NCBI GenBank assembly: GCA_002691205.1
Contig: NZHD01000051.1
Coordinates: 66,901-130,900, forward strand
Length of the DNA: 64,000 nt
Direction of reading: 5' to 3'
DNA from: Deltaproteobacteria bacterium
Lineage (GTDB): Bacteria; Myxococcota_A; UBA9160; UBA4427
Positions 8,492-17,591 of the stretch are shown piece after piece. The notes under the pieces were generated by a model. It worked only from the letters and a program-made list of their open reading frames with translations, was not told where the DNA came from and did not search any database. Position numbers and translations under genes: made by a program. Numbering within the stretch: the first letter of the stretch is position 1; every line of letters starts with the position of its first letter.

Positions 8492-9998
8492 ACCTATTCA
8501 GGCTCAAAGCGACACCGATAAAGTGCCCTTCCTCGCCTCCTCTTCTCAAGGAGACCTGTCTTCCTCCCCTCTTCCGCGTCTAATCCTGAGGCTCTACGGA
8601 CTTCGCTTTTCTGGCGAACTGACCCTGCTTCAGCATTCGATCCGAAAGTCGTTCATTTTTAAAAATGGAGCGCCCGTTCAGAGCGAATCGAACCTTGCCG
8701 GCGACTCCATGACCGCTTTTTTATCGCGCTCATCACCACTGAACGCGACCGAACAACTGAAGATTAGACAGCAAAAAGAGAGAACCGGAGGGCACGAAGG
8801 ACTCGCCCTTATTGAGTTAGGGCTCATTGAGCCTGCCTCCCTTTTTGAACTCCTCCAAAAGCAAACCCAAAGCGCTTTATGGGAGTGCTTCGGATGGGCC
8901 TCCGGATCTTATGTCCTTAATAAAAAAGTTCATACCGATGAACGCCTTGCCCCTTTTCAGAGCGATCCTATGAGACTTGTTCAGGAAGGATTGAGCAGGT
9001 ACTGGAACGTTGAACGGCTACTCCAGGAACTCCAAGAAAATTTCTATCTTTATCCTGTGATTCACCCCCACTTGGGCAAAATGGTAAAGAGGGTCTCGCT
9101 TCCCCTAGATTGCCAACCCAGGCTCTGGAATCCTCGACTGAACTTCAGCCAAAATCTCGCGGACACCGAGCTTTCTCCATCCACTTTGTCCGCCCTTTGG
9201 GTTTTGAAGGAGTGTGGCGGTTTTCGCTTTCTCGATTCACATGCCAATGAGACCACTCAGCCGGAGGCCAGAGTCCTTCCGCAGGTCAAAATTGAATCTA
9301 AAAAAAAGCAGGCGTCTTCTCTTAAAGTAATCCCAGACACAAAGAATGGAGGCAATGCGCCTCTCTCGAACTTCAGAACGGAACTGACCGCTCGCAAAAG
9401 TGCGGCCGAGTCCAAAGACTACTATGGCCTTCTGGGCTGTAGCCCCAAAGCCAACAACCGAGAGCTCAGAAAAGCTTACCTTGCCGCTGCTAAAAAATTC
9501 CACCCCGACACCTTAGGCCGCCGAGGGTTGGCAACCCTGCGAGACGAAACGGCTGACCTTTTCGCGCGTTTGACAGATGCCTTCGAACTCTTGAGCGACC
9601 CCGCTCGACGTCAAGCGTATGACGAAGGGCACACCGAAGAAAAGGATAATCTAGAGGCAAACCGCGTGGCAGGAGCAGAACTCCTTTATCAAAAAGCGAA
9701 GGTCTTGCTACGTATGGGAAACTTTCGCGAAGCGATTGCCTATCTCCAAGAGGCCATCGGACTCTTTCCCGAAGAATCGACCTTCCACTCTGATTTAGGT
9801 TGGGCCCTCTACAAAAAGACCCCTTCTGAACCAGAGGCTGCCCGAGAAGCCCTTGACTGCGCCATCGAGATTATGCCTCAGGACCCTCTCTCGCATTCAC
9901 GACAGGCTGTCGTTTGCCGAGCCCTTGGCGACACATGTCGATCGGAGGAGGCTCTGCTTCGGGCCCAAGAAATTGAGACCGCGAGCACTCGAACTTGA
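8481..9998 (+). CDS. DUF4388 / J-domain / TPR co-chaperone-like protein
   Basis: First ATG in frame of ORF 8418..9998, overlapping the upstream stop by 11 nt. N-terminal GDLSSSPLPRLILRLYGLRFSGELTLL…FIFKNGAPV resembles DUF4388. J domain KDYYGLLGCSPKANNRELRKAYLAAAKKFHPD. C-terminal TPR-like repeats (…LLRMGNFREAIAYLQEAI…). Confidence 0.8.
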   Translation: MQPEPIQAQSDTDKVPFLASSSQGDLSSSPLPRLILRLYGLRFSGELTLLQHSIRKSFIFKNGAPVQSESNLAGDSMTAFLSRSSPLNATEQLKIRQQKERTGGHEGLALIELGLIEPASLFELLQKQTQSALWECFGWASGSYVLNKKVHTDERLAPFQSDPMRLVQEGLSRYWNVERLLQELQENFYLYPVIHPHLGKMVKRVSLPLDCQPRLWNPRLNFSQNLADTELSPSTLSALWVLKECGGFRFLDSHANETTQPEARVLPQVKIESKKKQASSLKVIPDTKNGGNAPLSNFRTELTARKSAAESKDYYGLLGCSPKANNRELRKAYLAAAKKFHPDTLGRRGLATLRDETADLFARLTDAFELLSDPARRQAYDEGHTEEKDNLEANRVAGAELLYQKAKVLLRMGNFREAIAYLQEAIGLFPEESTFHSDLGWALYKKTPSEPEAAREALDCAIEIMPQDPLSHSRQAVVCRALGDTCRSEEALLRAQEIETASTRT

Positions 9999-10046
9999 TG
10001 ATCTGGTTGAAAACTTGAACGCCTCCCCAACATCAAAGCCCCACCC

Positions 10047-11009
10047 CTAGTCCGCGACGATCTCCGGAGGTTCATGATCACGCAGGGTCATGGACCAATT
10101 CTCCACAGTGAGCCCGTGAGTCTTGCCGGATTGGCCCCGGTAAAAAAAACGAGCTTTACGATCTCCTGTCCGACTGTAAGGGCCCTGCCAACTCCTTCGA
10201 TCCGCCTCCTCGGCCAGTGCAACGAAAGCCTGTCGAGACGGACCACTAAGGGACCGGGTTCCTACGGAGACACCCGAGGGCAAACCGTAAAGCGCGACAA
10301 GTTCCGGGGCAGGCAACGGCTGTCCCTCCGCCACCTTTCGCGCAATTTGCCTCACTTGATCTGTATCCTTCACCATGATGGATCGACCCGAAGCGACATG
10401 GCCTGAAAACCCTAAGGCGTGCCCCAATTCATGGAGGATCGCGCCCAAAAGTTCATCATCCTCAAGCGGCACAGCGTGCCCTTTCCAAGAGAGGCTCGCG
10501 CGATAAATATGCACAGACCCCCAAACTAAATGGGCCTCAAAGTCTTCTGGATCCGCTGAACTCAAGTCGAGTCGGCAATCCGCCAAGGCATTGCCACTTC
10601 CCAGGGAAGCCCCTCCCACCCGCCTTGGAAAAACGATTTCCAAGCGAGCCTCTTCGGCGGCCACCTCGCGAAAAGAGACTCCGAGACCCGCCTTCTCCCA
10701 TGCCGACAAAGCCAACCGAAGCAACCGAAGTTCGCGGGCGTCCGCCCCAGACGGGAGGGCCACAAGTATCGGAGTCTCTTTGGACCATCGACATAAAAAA
10801 AGTGAGAGCCCCAAATCGTCTGGCCGAAGTTGAGGCAATAGATCGCCAATTCGAGAACTCTTTAAAGGGGCATCGACTTTCGCATTGGCCGGTAAGCTCT
10901 GGACATCCCAGCCTCCGCGAGTTGGAACACAGCCCGCCGCAATGAGGCCAAGCCCCAGCAAACAAAAGAACGTCTGAAGGTGTCTACGATTCGATTTCCT
11001 GATCATCAA
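10047..11009 (-). CDS. metzincin-type zinc metalloprotease lipoprotein
   Basis: Signal peptide with lipobox LIAAGC. Extended zinc motif HELGHALGFSGH (HExxHxxGxxH) followed by SIM (Met-turn candidate). Confidence 0.75.
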   Translation of the reverse strand: MMIRKSNRRHLQTFFCLLGLGLIAAGCVPTRGGWDVQSLPANAKVDAPLKSSRIGDLLPQLRPDDLGLSLFLCRWSKETPILVALPSGADARELRLLRLALSAWEKAGLGVSFREVAAEEARLEIVFPRRVGGASLGSGNALADCRLDLSSADPEDFEAHLVWGSVHIYRASLSWKGHAVPLEDDELLGAILHELGHALGFSGHVASGRSIMVKDTDQVRQIARKVAEGQPLPAPELVALYGLPSGVSVGTRSLSGPSRQAFVALAEEADRRSWQGPYSRTGDRKARFFYRGQSGKTHGLTVENWSMTLRDHEPPEIVAD

Positions 11010-11069
11010 CCCGCTCCAAAGTCCGTTGTGGAATACATCTGTTTTTTTGGCGGGGGAAACCGAACTTGC

Positions 11070-13016
11070 TCATACATTCACGATTTCAACTCGCTCCGCC
11101 TGAACCCCAGACTCAAAACCAAAAATCTTTGAGTAAAAGTAGAGTTCGCCCTCAAGCGCAGCGGATATATTCTCGGAGCGACGAAATCCATGTTGCTCCC
11201 CCTCAAAAGGCACGTAGGCATGCGCAATACCTTGATGGGCCAGAGCCGACACCATCGCCTCAGCCTGAATGGGCGGTACGATCTTGTCTTCTAAACCCTG
11301 AAAGAAAATCACCGGGCACGAGAGCCGTTCCGTGTAATGAAGAGGCGAACGCGATCGATAGAGCTCTCGCGCTTCCGGATAGGGCCCCACCAAGCCATCT
11401 GTATATCGAGATTCAAATTTGTGAGTATCTCGAACCAAGGCCTCTAAGTCACCAATCCCATAGTGACTCGCGCCAGCTTTGAATACGTCATGAAAGGTCA
11501 AGGCACAAAGCGTCGTGTAGCCCCCAGCGCTTCCTCCGCTGATCGCAAGCCGATCGTGGTCCACACGCCCCTCCTGAGAAAGAAAAAGAGCGGCGGCTAC
11601 ACAATCTTCCACGTCCACGACCCCCCACTGCCCTTTTAGAGACTCTCTATAAGCTCGGCCATATCCGGTTGAACCTCCATAATCGACATCCACCACGCCA
11701 ATCCCCCGACTCACCCAGTACTGCGTACGAAGATCCAGAACGGGGCTAGCCGCCGAGGTGGGACCACCATGACTTTTCACGAGGAGCGGAGGACTCTCCC
11801 CTTTCACACCACACAGGTCCGTTCGAGAAGGCTCGTAAAACCAAGCGTGGGCAACTCGGCCGTTTTCTGATTCAAACGAAATCGACTCTGGGGCGACAAT
11901 CAGACCAGAGTCCAATGTTTCCGTAGATGAGAACGCGACCTCCTCAAACCCTCCGCTCGCCAAGTCCAAGACAACAATCGTCGAGGGTCTGTGAAACTGA
12001 GATCCAACAAAGCAAGCCCAGGATCCCTCGATCTGAATCCCGGAAAAGTCTTGGTACGGAAGCATCAAATCCCTCATTGCACCCGATTCAATATGCAAGC
12101 GCGCAAGTCGTGCCCCACCCGACCGACCATAGGCGCACAGAATCTCTTCCTCTGAAATAAAATCGTAACGTGACAACCCAAAGACCCATTGGGCCGAGCC
12201 GAACTCTTCTGGGTTTAGAAAAACGGGACGTACTGAATCACCTCGAAGTTGATACAAATTCCACCAACCACTCCGATCAGAAACGAAAGTCAATACTCCG
12301 CCGGGTGAGAATCGAGGCTGAAAGACCGATTCATTCATCCCCGATGTCACCGCCTGAGGCTCACCCCCGGCCCCATCTTTGCCCCACGCCATCAAAAAAA
12401 GCGTCGTCGCATCCCAGGGCATGTTGGGGTGACGCCATGCTATGAAGGCAAGACGATCGCCCTCAGGCGACAGGACGGGCGAACTGTAAAAATCGAAGCC
12501 AGAGGCAACGACTCTAGGCGATTGGGGCTGAACCGATTGGCCCTCTTGAGGGAGCTCAAAGACCACGAGGCGATTTTCGGGTTCTTCGACTCCGCGATCC
12601 ACCTCCTCCACAGCAAATAACCAGCGGCCGTCCGGCGAGGGATAAAAATCAGCGTAACGAGGTCCTTCTACCGATAAAGGGCCACCGCCTTCGGTCCCGA
12701 TCAAGTAGAGCCTTTGGTCAGAAAAATTAACGTACGCGAGGCCTCCTTTAATTTTTGTATAGTCTCCTCCTCCATATTCATGAACTCGGGTCCGAACATT
12801 CACCGAAGTGGGTGTGCATTCCTCAGCCTCGTTCGTTGAGGCACTGAGACCCCCTTGGCGAGACATCACCACTTGACGGCCACCCTCTGAAGCACGCCCT
12901 TCAAGCCAGTAGACGCGTCCCTGAGAGAGTCGCGGCTGAGAAAAGCGAAGCGCAGCCGTGGCCAATGCTTCCGCTCGGAGGGGAGATGGCCAACTTCCAA
13001 ATGCTTTTTCGATCAT
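11070..13016 (-). CDS. S9-family serine peptidase (prolyl oligopeptidase / dipeptidyl aminopeptidase-like)
   Basis: 648 aa. N-terminal beta-propeller-like region, C-terminal alpha/beta-hydrolase domain with nucleophile motif ISGGSAGGYTTL and distal Asp/His region (…GLEDKIVP…, …GEQHGF). Confidence 0.88.
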   Translation of the reverse strand: MIEKAFGSWPSPLRAEALATAALRFSQPRLSQGRVYWLEGRASEGGRQVVMSRQGGLSASTNEAEECTPTSVNVRTRVHEYGGGDYTKIKGGLAYVNFSDQRLYLIGTEGGGPLSVEGPRYADFYPSPDGRWLFAVEEVDRGVEEPENRLVVFELPQEGQSVQPQSPRVVASGFDFYSSPVLSPEGDRLAFIAWRHPNMPWDATTLFLMAWGKDGAGGEPQAVTSGMNESVFQPRFSPGGVLTFVSDRSGWWNLYQLRGDSVRPVFLNPEEFGSAQWVFGLSRYDFISEEEILCAYGRSGGARLARLHIESGAMRDLMLPYQDFSGIQIEGSWACFVGSQFHRPSTIVVLDLASGGFEEVAFSSTETLDSGLIVAPESISFESENGRVAHAWFYEPSRTDLCGVKGESPPLLVKSHGGPTSAASPVLDLRTQYWVSRGIGVVDVDYGGSTGYGRAYRESLKGQWGVVDVEDCVAAALFLSQEGRVDHDRLAISGGSAGGYTTLCALTFHDVFKAGASHYGIGDLEALVRDTHKFESRYTDGLVGPYPEARELYRSRSPLHYTERLSCPVIFFQGLEDKIVPPIQAEAMVSALAHQGIAHAYVPFEGEQHGFRRSENISAALEGELYFYSKIFGFESGVQAERVEIVNV

Positions 13017-13259
13017 TTAAAGCTCCTATCTACGCACTGGCCGGTTTAGCACCTCAGTCACTAAATATACGAACTCAAGTATTCTATGGCTTGAGAGCGC
13101 CCACAACTTCCGTCATCAAGGTATCATGAACCATTCACCAAACGGAGACGCCCCCTGTTAGAACTTACCCAGACCGGGCTCCTTATCGCTGCAGGATTTG
13201 CCGCGGGGGCCATCAATATCCTCGCCGGCGGAGGCTCACTCCTTTCCGTTCCTCTCCTC

Positions 13260-13895
13260 GTGGCCCTAGGGCTCCCAGGAGATGTAGCGAATGGAACCAA
13301 CCGAATTGGGATTGTCTTTCAAAGTGCTGTCGCCACTTGGCGGTTCAAAAAGGCCGGCTTCTCCAGTTGGTCCTACACTTGGCCGTTACTCTTGCCCATT
13401 GGGATAGGCGCCGCTCTCGGAGCCCTAGGAATCTCACAGCTTCGCGGTCAAGAGTTCGAACGTATCTTCGGCATCGCCATGCTGATCCTGCTGATCCCGA
13501 CGCTCCGCTCAGCGCGAAAAAATACCGTCTCCCGCCCAAGCTGGTCACCGGGAACTCGAACTCTCATCTTTTTTCTAATTGGTTTGTACGGAGGAGCGAT
13601 TCAGGCGGGCGTCGGCCTGATCCTCATGCTTGCACTCGCCCGATCCGGATACGACCTTGTGGTTGTCAACAGTATCAAGGTCATCGTGATTGGACTGCTC
13701 ACGGCGATTGCCGTTCCCATTTTCATTTTCCAAGGACAGGTGGCATGGTTCCCAGCACTGTGGCTGACCATGGGATTCTCAGCTGGGGGTGCAGTTGCCG
13801 TTCGCTGGACCCTCGTAGGCGGAGAGCGCCTCATACGCATCGCCCTTGTGATCGCCGTACTCGCACTCGCCGGTCGTATGCTGGGCCTTTACTGA
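13260..13895 (+). CDS. TauE/SafE-family anion (sulfite) exporter; true N-terminus probably upstream (see finding)
   Basis: Multi-TM protein. The same frame is open back to 13095 and encodes the family's conserved N-terminal motif AGFAAGAINILAGGGSLLSVPLL before the first canonical start (GTG 13260). Confidence 0.8.
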   Translation: MALGLPGDVANGTNRIGIVFQSAVATWRFKKAGFSSWSYTWPLLLPIGIGAALGALGISQLRGQEFERIFGIAMLILLIPTLRSARKNTVSRPSWSPGTRTLIFFLIGLYGGAIQAGVGLILMLALARSGYDLVVVNSIKVIVIGLLTAIAVPIFIFQGQVAWFPALWLTMGFSAGGAVAVRWTLVGGERLIRIALVIAVLALAGRMLGLY

Positions 13896-14401
13896 TCCGC
13901 GGTCGTCTCGTCGGCCGAGTTTGTACTCGGCTTCTCCTGCGCCCTTGGGAGAACTTTAAAAAGCGCCTCTGCGAGCACCCGGCTTGAAATCAACGCCCAC
14001 AATACGAACGGGAAGGCATCGGCCAACATGAGAGCCGGAAAGAAGTCGGCCATAGAACTCGCGCCTTCACCGTCCCTTACAAAACTGGCCCAAGCCCAGT
14101 ACGCCAACAAGACATGACTTAAAAAAATCAACGCCAAACCGCCCAAAAGCCCTCCAAACCGTCGCCTCAGCGATAAGCCCGGAGTGACCAACATCAGCCC
14201 CATGAACGGGATGAAGCTAATCATCCGGTCTCGAACGAGACCTGGGTTAAAAGTGTTGACTCCCATTTCCTTAAGCAGAGGAAAGGCCAGACGGCGGAAG
14301 ACGTCGTAATACGAATCCAGACCTCCATTTAGCCACCACCACGTCAATGGTACCGTGATGATAATAAACTCAAGCAGGATCAGAAGAGGACGTCTCGTCA
14401 C
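13889..14401 (-). CDS. 4-TM membrane protein, putative exosortase partner
   Basis: 170-aa ORF with about four hydrophobic helices and a polar C-tail. Its start overlaps the stop of the exosortase-family gene by 32 nt. No recognisable domain. Confidence 0.55.
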   Translation of the reverse strand: MTRRPLLILLEFIIITVPLTWWWLNGGLDSYYDVFRRLAFPLLKEMGVNTFNPGLVRDRMISFIPFMGLMLVTPGLSLRRRFGGLLGGLALIFLSHVLLAYWAWASFVRDGEGASSMADFFPALMLADAFPFVLWALISSRVLAEALFKVLPRAQEKPSTNSADETTADQ

Positions 14402-14984
14402 GTCGCACCACCTTAGTAATCCAAAGGAGCCAAACAGAAGTAATCATCACGATCATCGTGGCTTGCCAAAAATAAACATGCATGAAATCAAATGCCGACG
14501 GCCAATACCGACCGACAACGATCAACATCGCAATTCGAATCAAATTAAACAAATAAATCAAGGGACATCCCAAGATGACACCCAGTGCTTTATCCAGCAT
14601 TCGCGTAGGAAATGCGAGAACAGCTGCTGAAAAAATCAGCATCTCATAAATGCCCGTACACTCATCAATAATTTTTACTACAAAATCACCGAACCACACC
14701 ATCTTGCCATTGATTCGAACATCGGATGAAAAGAGACTGAAAAAGTGATACTCGATCGCCGCCGTCCCCTCGATAAAAGCCTGAACCACCGGGCTGTTAT
14801 GCTTGACGAAGAATGGGTAGGCCACAGAAACAACGCCCAGCAAAGGTAAAAACGTCAACACGAACCGATAAGCTGGGTTTCGCCAGACACCCATCGCCTG
14901 ACTCAGCAGAGTGACCGAAGCTGGCTTCTCTCGCCCCTCCCCTGCGTCTTCCAAGTCGGGCTCGTTTTCGTCGCTGGGGTTCAT
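14370..14984 (-). CDS. exosortase/archaeosortase-family protein (miniature, about 200 aa)
   Basis: Polytopic membrane protein. It carries the family's three signature elements in order: Cys motif VKIIDECTGIYEMLIFSAAVLAFP, Arg motif GCPLIYLFNLIRIAML, His motif FDFMHVYFWQ. Confidence 0.7.
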   Translation of the reverse strand: MNPSDENEPDLEDAGEGREKPASVTLLSQAMGVWRNPAYRFVLTFLPLLGVVSVAYPFFVKHNSPVVQAFIEGTAAIEYHFFSLFSSDVRINGKMVWFGDFVVKIIDECTGIYEMLIFSAAVLAFPTRMLDKALGVILGCPLIYLFNLIRIAMLIVVGRYWPSAFDFMHVYFWQATMIVMITSVWLLWITKVVRRDETSSSDPA

Positions 14985-14992
14985 GTTGAGTT

Positions 14993-17500
14993 CTATGGTA
15001 GTGCGAGAGGCAGGGTTCGCGCCAACTCACCCCCGATGCTGCTCTCCGCCGCCGGGCAGATGCGATGCCCCCCCCAGCCACTCACCCGGATAGAGCCCGC
15101 AACCTCCAGATTCGGCTCAAAAGAGACCTCAACCGCACCTGCACGCCCCGTCCACCAAACCGAGACGTCCGCTTTTTCCAAACGCTGCAAAGTCAGTGGA
15201 GACGGCAGACCAGAAAGCCCAGCACATGAAGCTGAGACGAGAGCCACTTCCGGATTGACAGCTCGTATAAATGAATTCGTGCTCGACCGGGCACTTCCGT
15301 GGTGAGCCACCTTCAAAACATCGGCCCTCAAATCCAGTCCCTGATCGAAAAGAGCCCACTCTGAACGCTCGCCAATATCTCCGGTCAAAAGCACTCGACG
15401 CCCCGCTATCTCAACCCTCAAAACCAACGAATTTTCATTCACGGAGTCCTCAGAGGCAGAACGCATGGGCCAAAGAGTCTTAAATCGAAGATCTCCCACC
15501 ACCCGATCGGGATCCCCTTGGGCCAACAAGCGAATCGTAATCCCGTGCTTCTCCGCGAGTTCCCGGATCGATTTAAATGCCCCTTTTCCATCAGGCACAT
15601 CCGGCAACCACAATTCTGCCACTGGAAAATTCTCAAGGATGTAGGGTAAACCGCCACGGTGATCTATATCCGAATGACTGGCGACCACGGCCGCCAAATT
15701 ATTCACACCCAACGCGCGCAAAGCGGGCGCAACAACGCTTCGACCCATATCACCGCCCGCTTCAAAAGCTCGCCCCCCATCCACAAGGACTATACCGCTT
15801 CTCCCTTGCACTAAGACAGCATCCCCCTGAGCAACATCCAGCATCACGATTCGCGGCATCACCCCAGTGAGATGTATAACAGGCAGACTCGCCACCCATC
15901 CAAGAACACAAAAACAAAGAGTCACCGAACGAACAGTACGAGGCACCCATACCACGAGAAATGCCATACCCAGCAGAAATACAAAAACGGGCCAATTCAA
16001 AAAGCCATAAAGGGGCACAAGAGGCCATTCGTCTGAAACGACACGGGCCACTTCCATCGTCCAACCTAAAAGCCATTTCATAAAAAATACAGTCGACTCC
16101 GCGAGCCCACCCGGAATCAGTACAAGCACGGACCCCACTAGCGCGAGAGGCAACAGAATAAAGGTCACCCATGGAATGGCGATCACATTGAACAATAAGC
16201 CCGAGGGACTCAGAGGCAGACCTGCCTGAACGATCAAAGGCGCCGTGAGCGCAATGGCCACCGAGGACGCCCTTATTCCTTGAGTGAAAGTCATACCGAA
16301 AGAGCCAGCCGAGGCGAGGCGCTCCCTCTCAGAGAACCGAGCGGCAAACAAAAGACCGGCGGTGGCCACGAAAGATAACTGCATTCCCAATTCAAAAAGT
16401 GCACTCGGACTGAACAAGAGGATCACCACGAAGGCCAGCGTCAAGGCCTGACCCATCGGGGGGCGACGATGAGAAAGCCAAATCACCCATGTGGCAAAAA
16501 ACAGAATTAAGGATCGCTGAACGGGCACTCCAAAGCCTGCCCATACCGAATAGCCCGCCGCAAGCACGACAGCGCATGCCAGAGCCAACTGCCGTCGATC
16601 TCGATACGGACGAGATCCGACCCACATTCGACTCACCCAAAAAACCGCTCGGTACGAGAAACCGACAAGGAGAGCCATATGCAGGCCCGAAACGGCCAAA
16701 AGATGAGAAACGCCTAGTCGCGAAAAGGATTCTTGTGCAGATCGGCTTAAGCCACTGCGATCGCCTAGAGCTAAAGCGGCCATGAGTGCCCCGCCAGACT
16801 CAATCCGCAGAGAGTCAACGGAATTCAGCAAGAGCCCTGCGGCTCGGCTACGCGTTCGTCGAATCCATTCGACTGGACCTGGGGACGCCCAAGAAAATTC
16901 ATCAAACTCGGGCAAGCGCACAACCAGTGCTGCATTCAACAAACGACCATTCACGCCTATGCCCTGGCGACGCGCTTGGCGCCAAGCGTCTCTTCCTCCT
17001 GGATTTCTCAGCCCTTCAATTCGGCTCAACCGCAAGTAGCTACGAACTCGCTGCCCCCGTTTAAGTTGCATCAATCGAAGCCCCTCGGCCTCTCCGGTTC
17101 GAGCCCGAACCGCAATGTTAGGAAGATGACTGAAGTCAGGGGCAGGGTTTAGACTTCCTGGCCCTGGCACTCGCGTGGCTGAGCAAAGTTTTAGAAACAC
17201 ATGGCTCTTTGAAGACGAAGGCCCATCACATACCGTTGCTTCGACAACTGCATCTTCGCTCAAACCCAAAAAAGTTGAACTGTCCGAGTCAATGGATGCA
17301 GTGAGACAGAAAGCGCCCAAAAAAAAACCGGCCCCCAGCGCACAGACGAATCGCAGTCTCGGATAAATCGCGGTCGCTCCGTGAAGAACGAAGCAAAAAC
17401 CTCCTCCGATTAAAGCGTGCCCGGGAGATAGAAAGAAAACATCAGCAAACAAGACCCCCGAGGTCTGAGCCGCTGCGAGAAGGGGCAAACTATATTGCAC
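14993..17500 (-). CDS. comEC: DNA internalization-related competence protein ComEC/Rec2
   Basis: 835 aa. N-terminal DUF4131-like region, central polytopic competence domain, C-terminal metallo-beta-lactamase domain (VMLDVAQGDAVLV, VASHSDIDHRGG, VAHHGS). Confidence 0.92.
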   Translation of the reverse strand: MQYSLPLLAAAQTSGVLFADVFFLSPGHALIGGGFCFVLHGATAIYPRLRFVCALGAGFFLGAFCLTASIDSDSSTFLGLSEDAVVEATVCDGPSSSKSHVFLKLCSATRVPGPGSLNPAPDFSHLPNIAVRARTGEAEGLRLMQLKRGQRVRSYLRLSRIEGLRNPGGRDAWRQARRQGIGVNGRLLNAALVVRLPEFDEFSWASPGPVEWIRRTRSRAAGLLLNSVDSLRIESGGALMAALALGDRSGLSRSAQESFSRLGVSHLLAVSGLHMALLVGFSYRAVFWVSRMWVGSRPYRDRRQLALACAVVLAAGYSVWAGFGVPVQRSLILFFATWVIWLSHRRPPMGQALTLAFVVILLFSPSALFELGMQLSFVATAGLLFAARFSERERLASAGSFGMTFTQGIRASSVAIALTAPLIVQAGLPLSPSGLLFNVIAIPWVTFILLPLALVGSVLVLIPGGLAESTVFFMKWLLGWTMEVARVVSDEWPLVPLYGFLNWPVFVFLLGMAFLVVWVPRTVRSVTLCFCVLGWVASLPVIHLTGVMPRIVMLDVAQGDAVLVQGRSGIVLVDGGRAFEAGGDMGRSVVAPALRALGVNNLAAVVASHSDIDHRGGLPYILENFPVAELWLPDVPDGKGAFKSIRELAEKHGITIRLLAQGDPDRVVGDLRFKTLWPMRSASEDSVNENSLVLRVEIAGRRVLLTGDIGERSEWALFDQGLDLRADVLKVAHHGSARSSTNSFIRAVNPEVALVSASCAGLSGLPSPLTLQRLEKADVSVWWTGRAGAVEVSFEPNLEVAGSIRVSGWGGHRICPAAESSIGGELARTLPLALP

Positions 17501-17591
17501 AAAACGTATCCCAGGACCGGGAGGCCTTAGAATTTATCGTTGCAAAGTGTGGGTGTCGAATCGAGTACGACTCTTCACAGGTTGATTCTGA

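Noticed and set aside
10537-10965. Cluster of four nested ORFs (80-142 aa, both strands) inside the metzincin lipoprotein gene.
   Set aside because: The 320-aa frame has a lipobox and a complete HExxHxxGxxH motif. The nested frames are low-complexity and lack starts with an SD.
17165-17180. Sigma-54-like element TGGCAC-N5-TGGCT.
   Set aside because: It has one mismatch in the -12 element (TGGC instead of TTGC). It lies inside comEC on the antisense strand with no downstream gene to drive. Probably a chance match.
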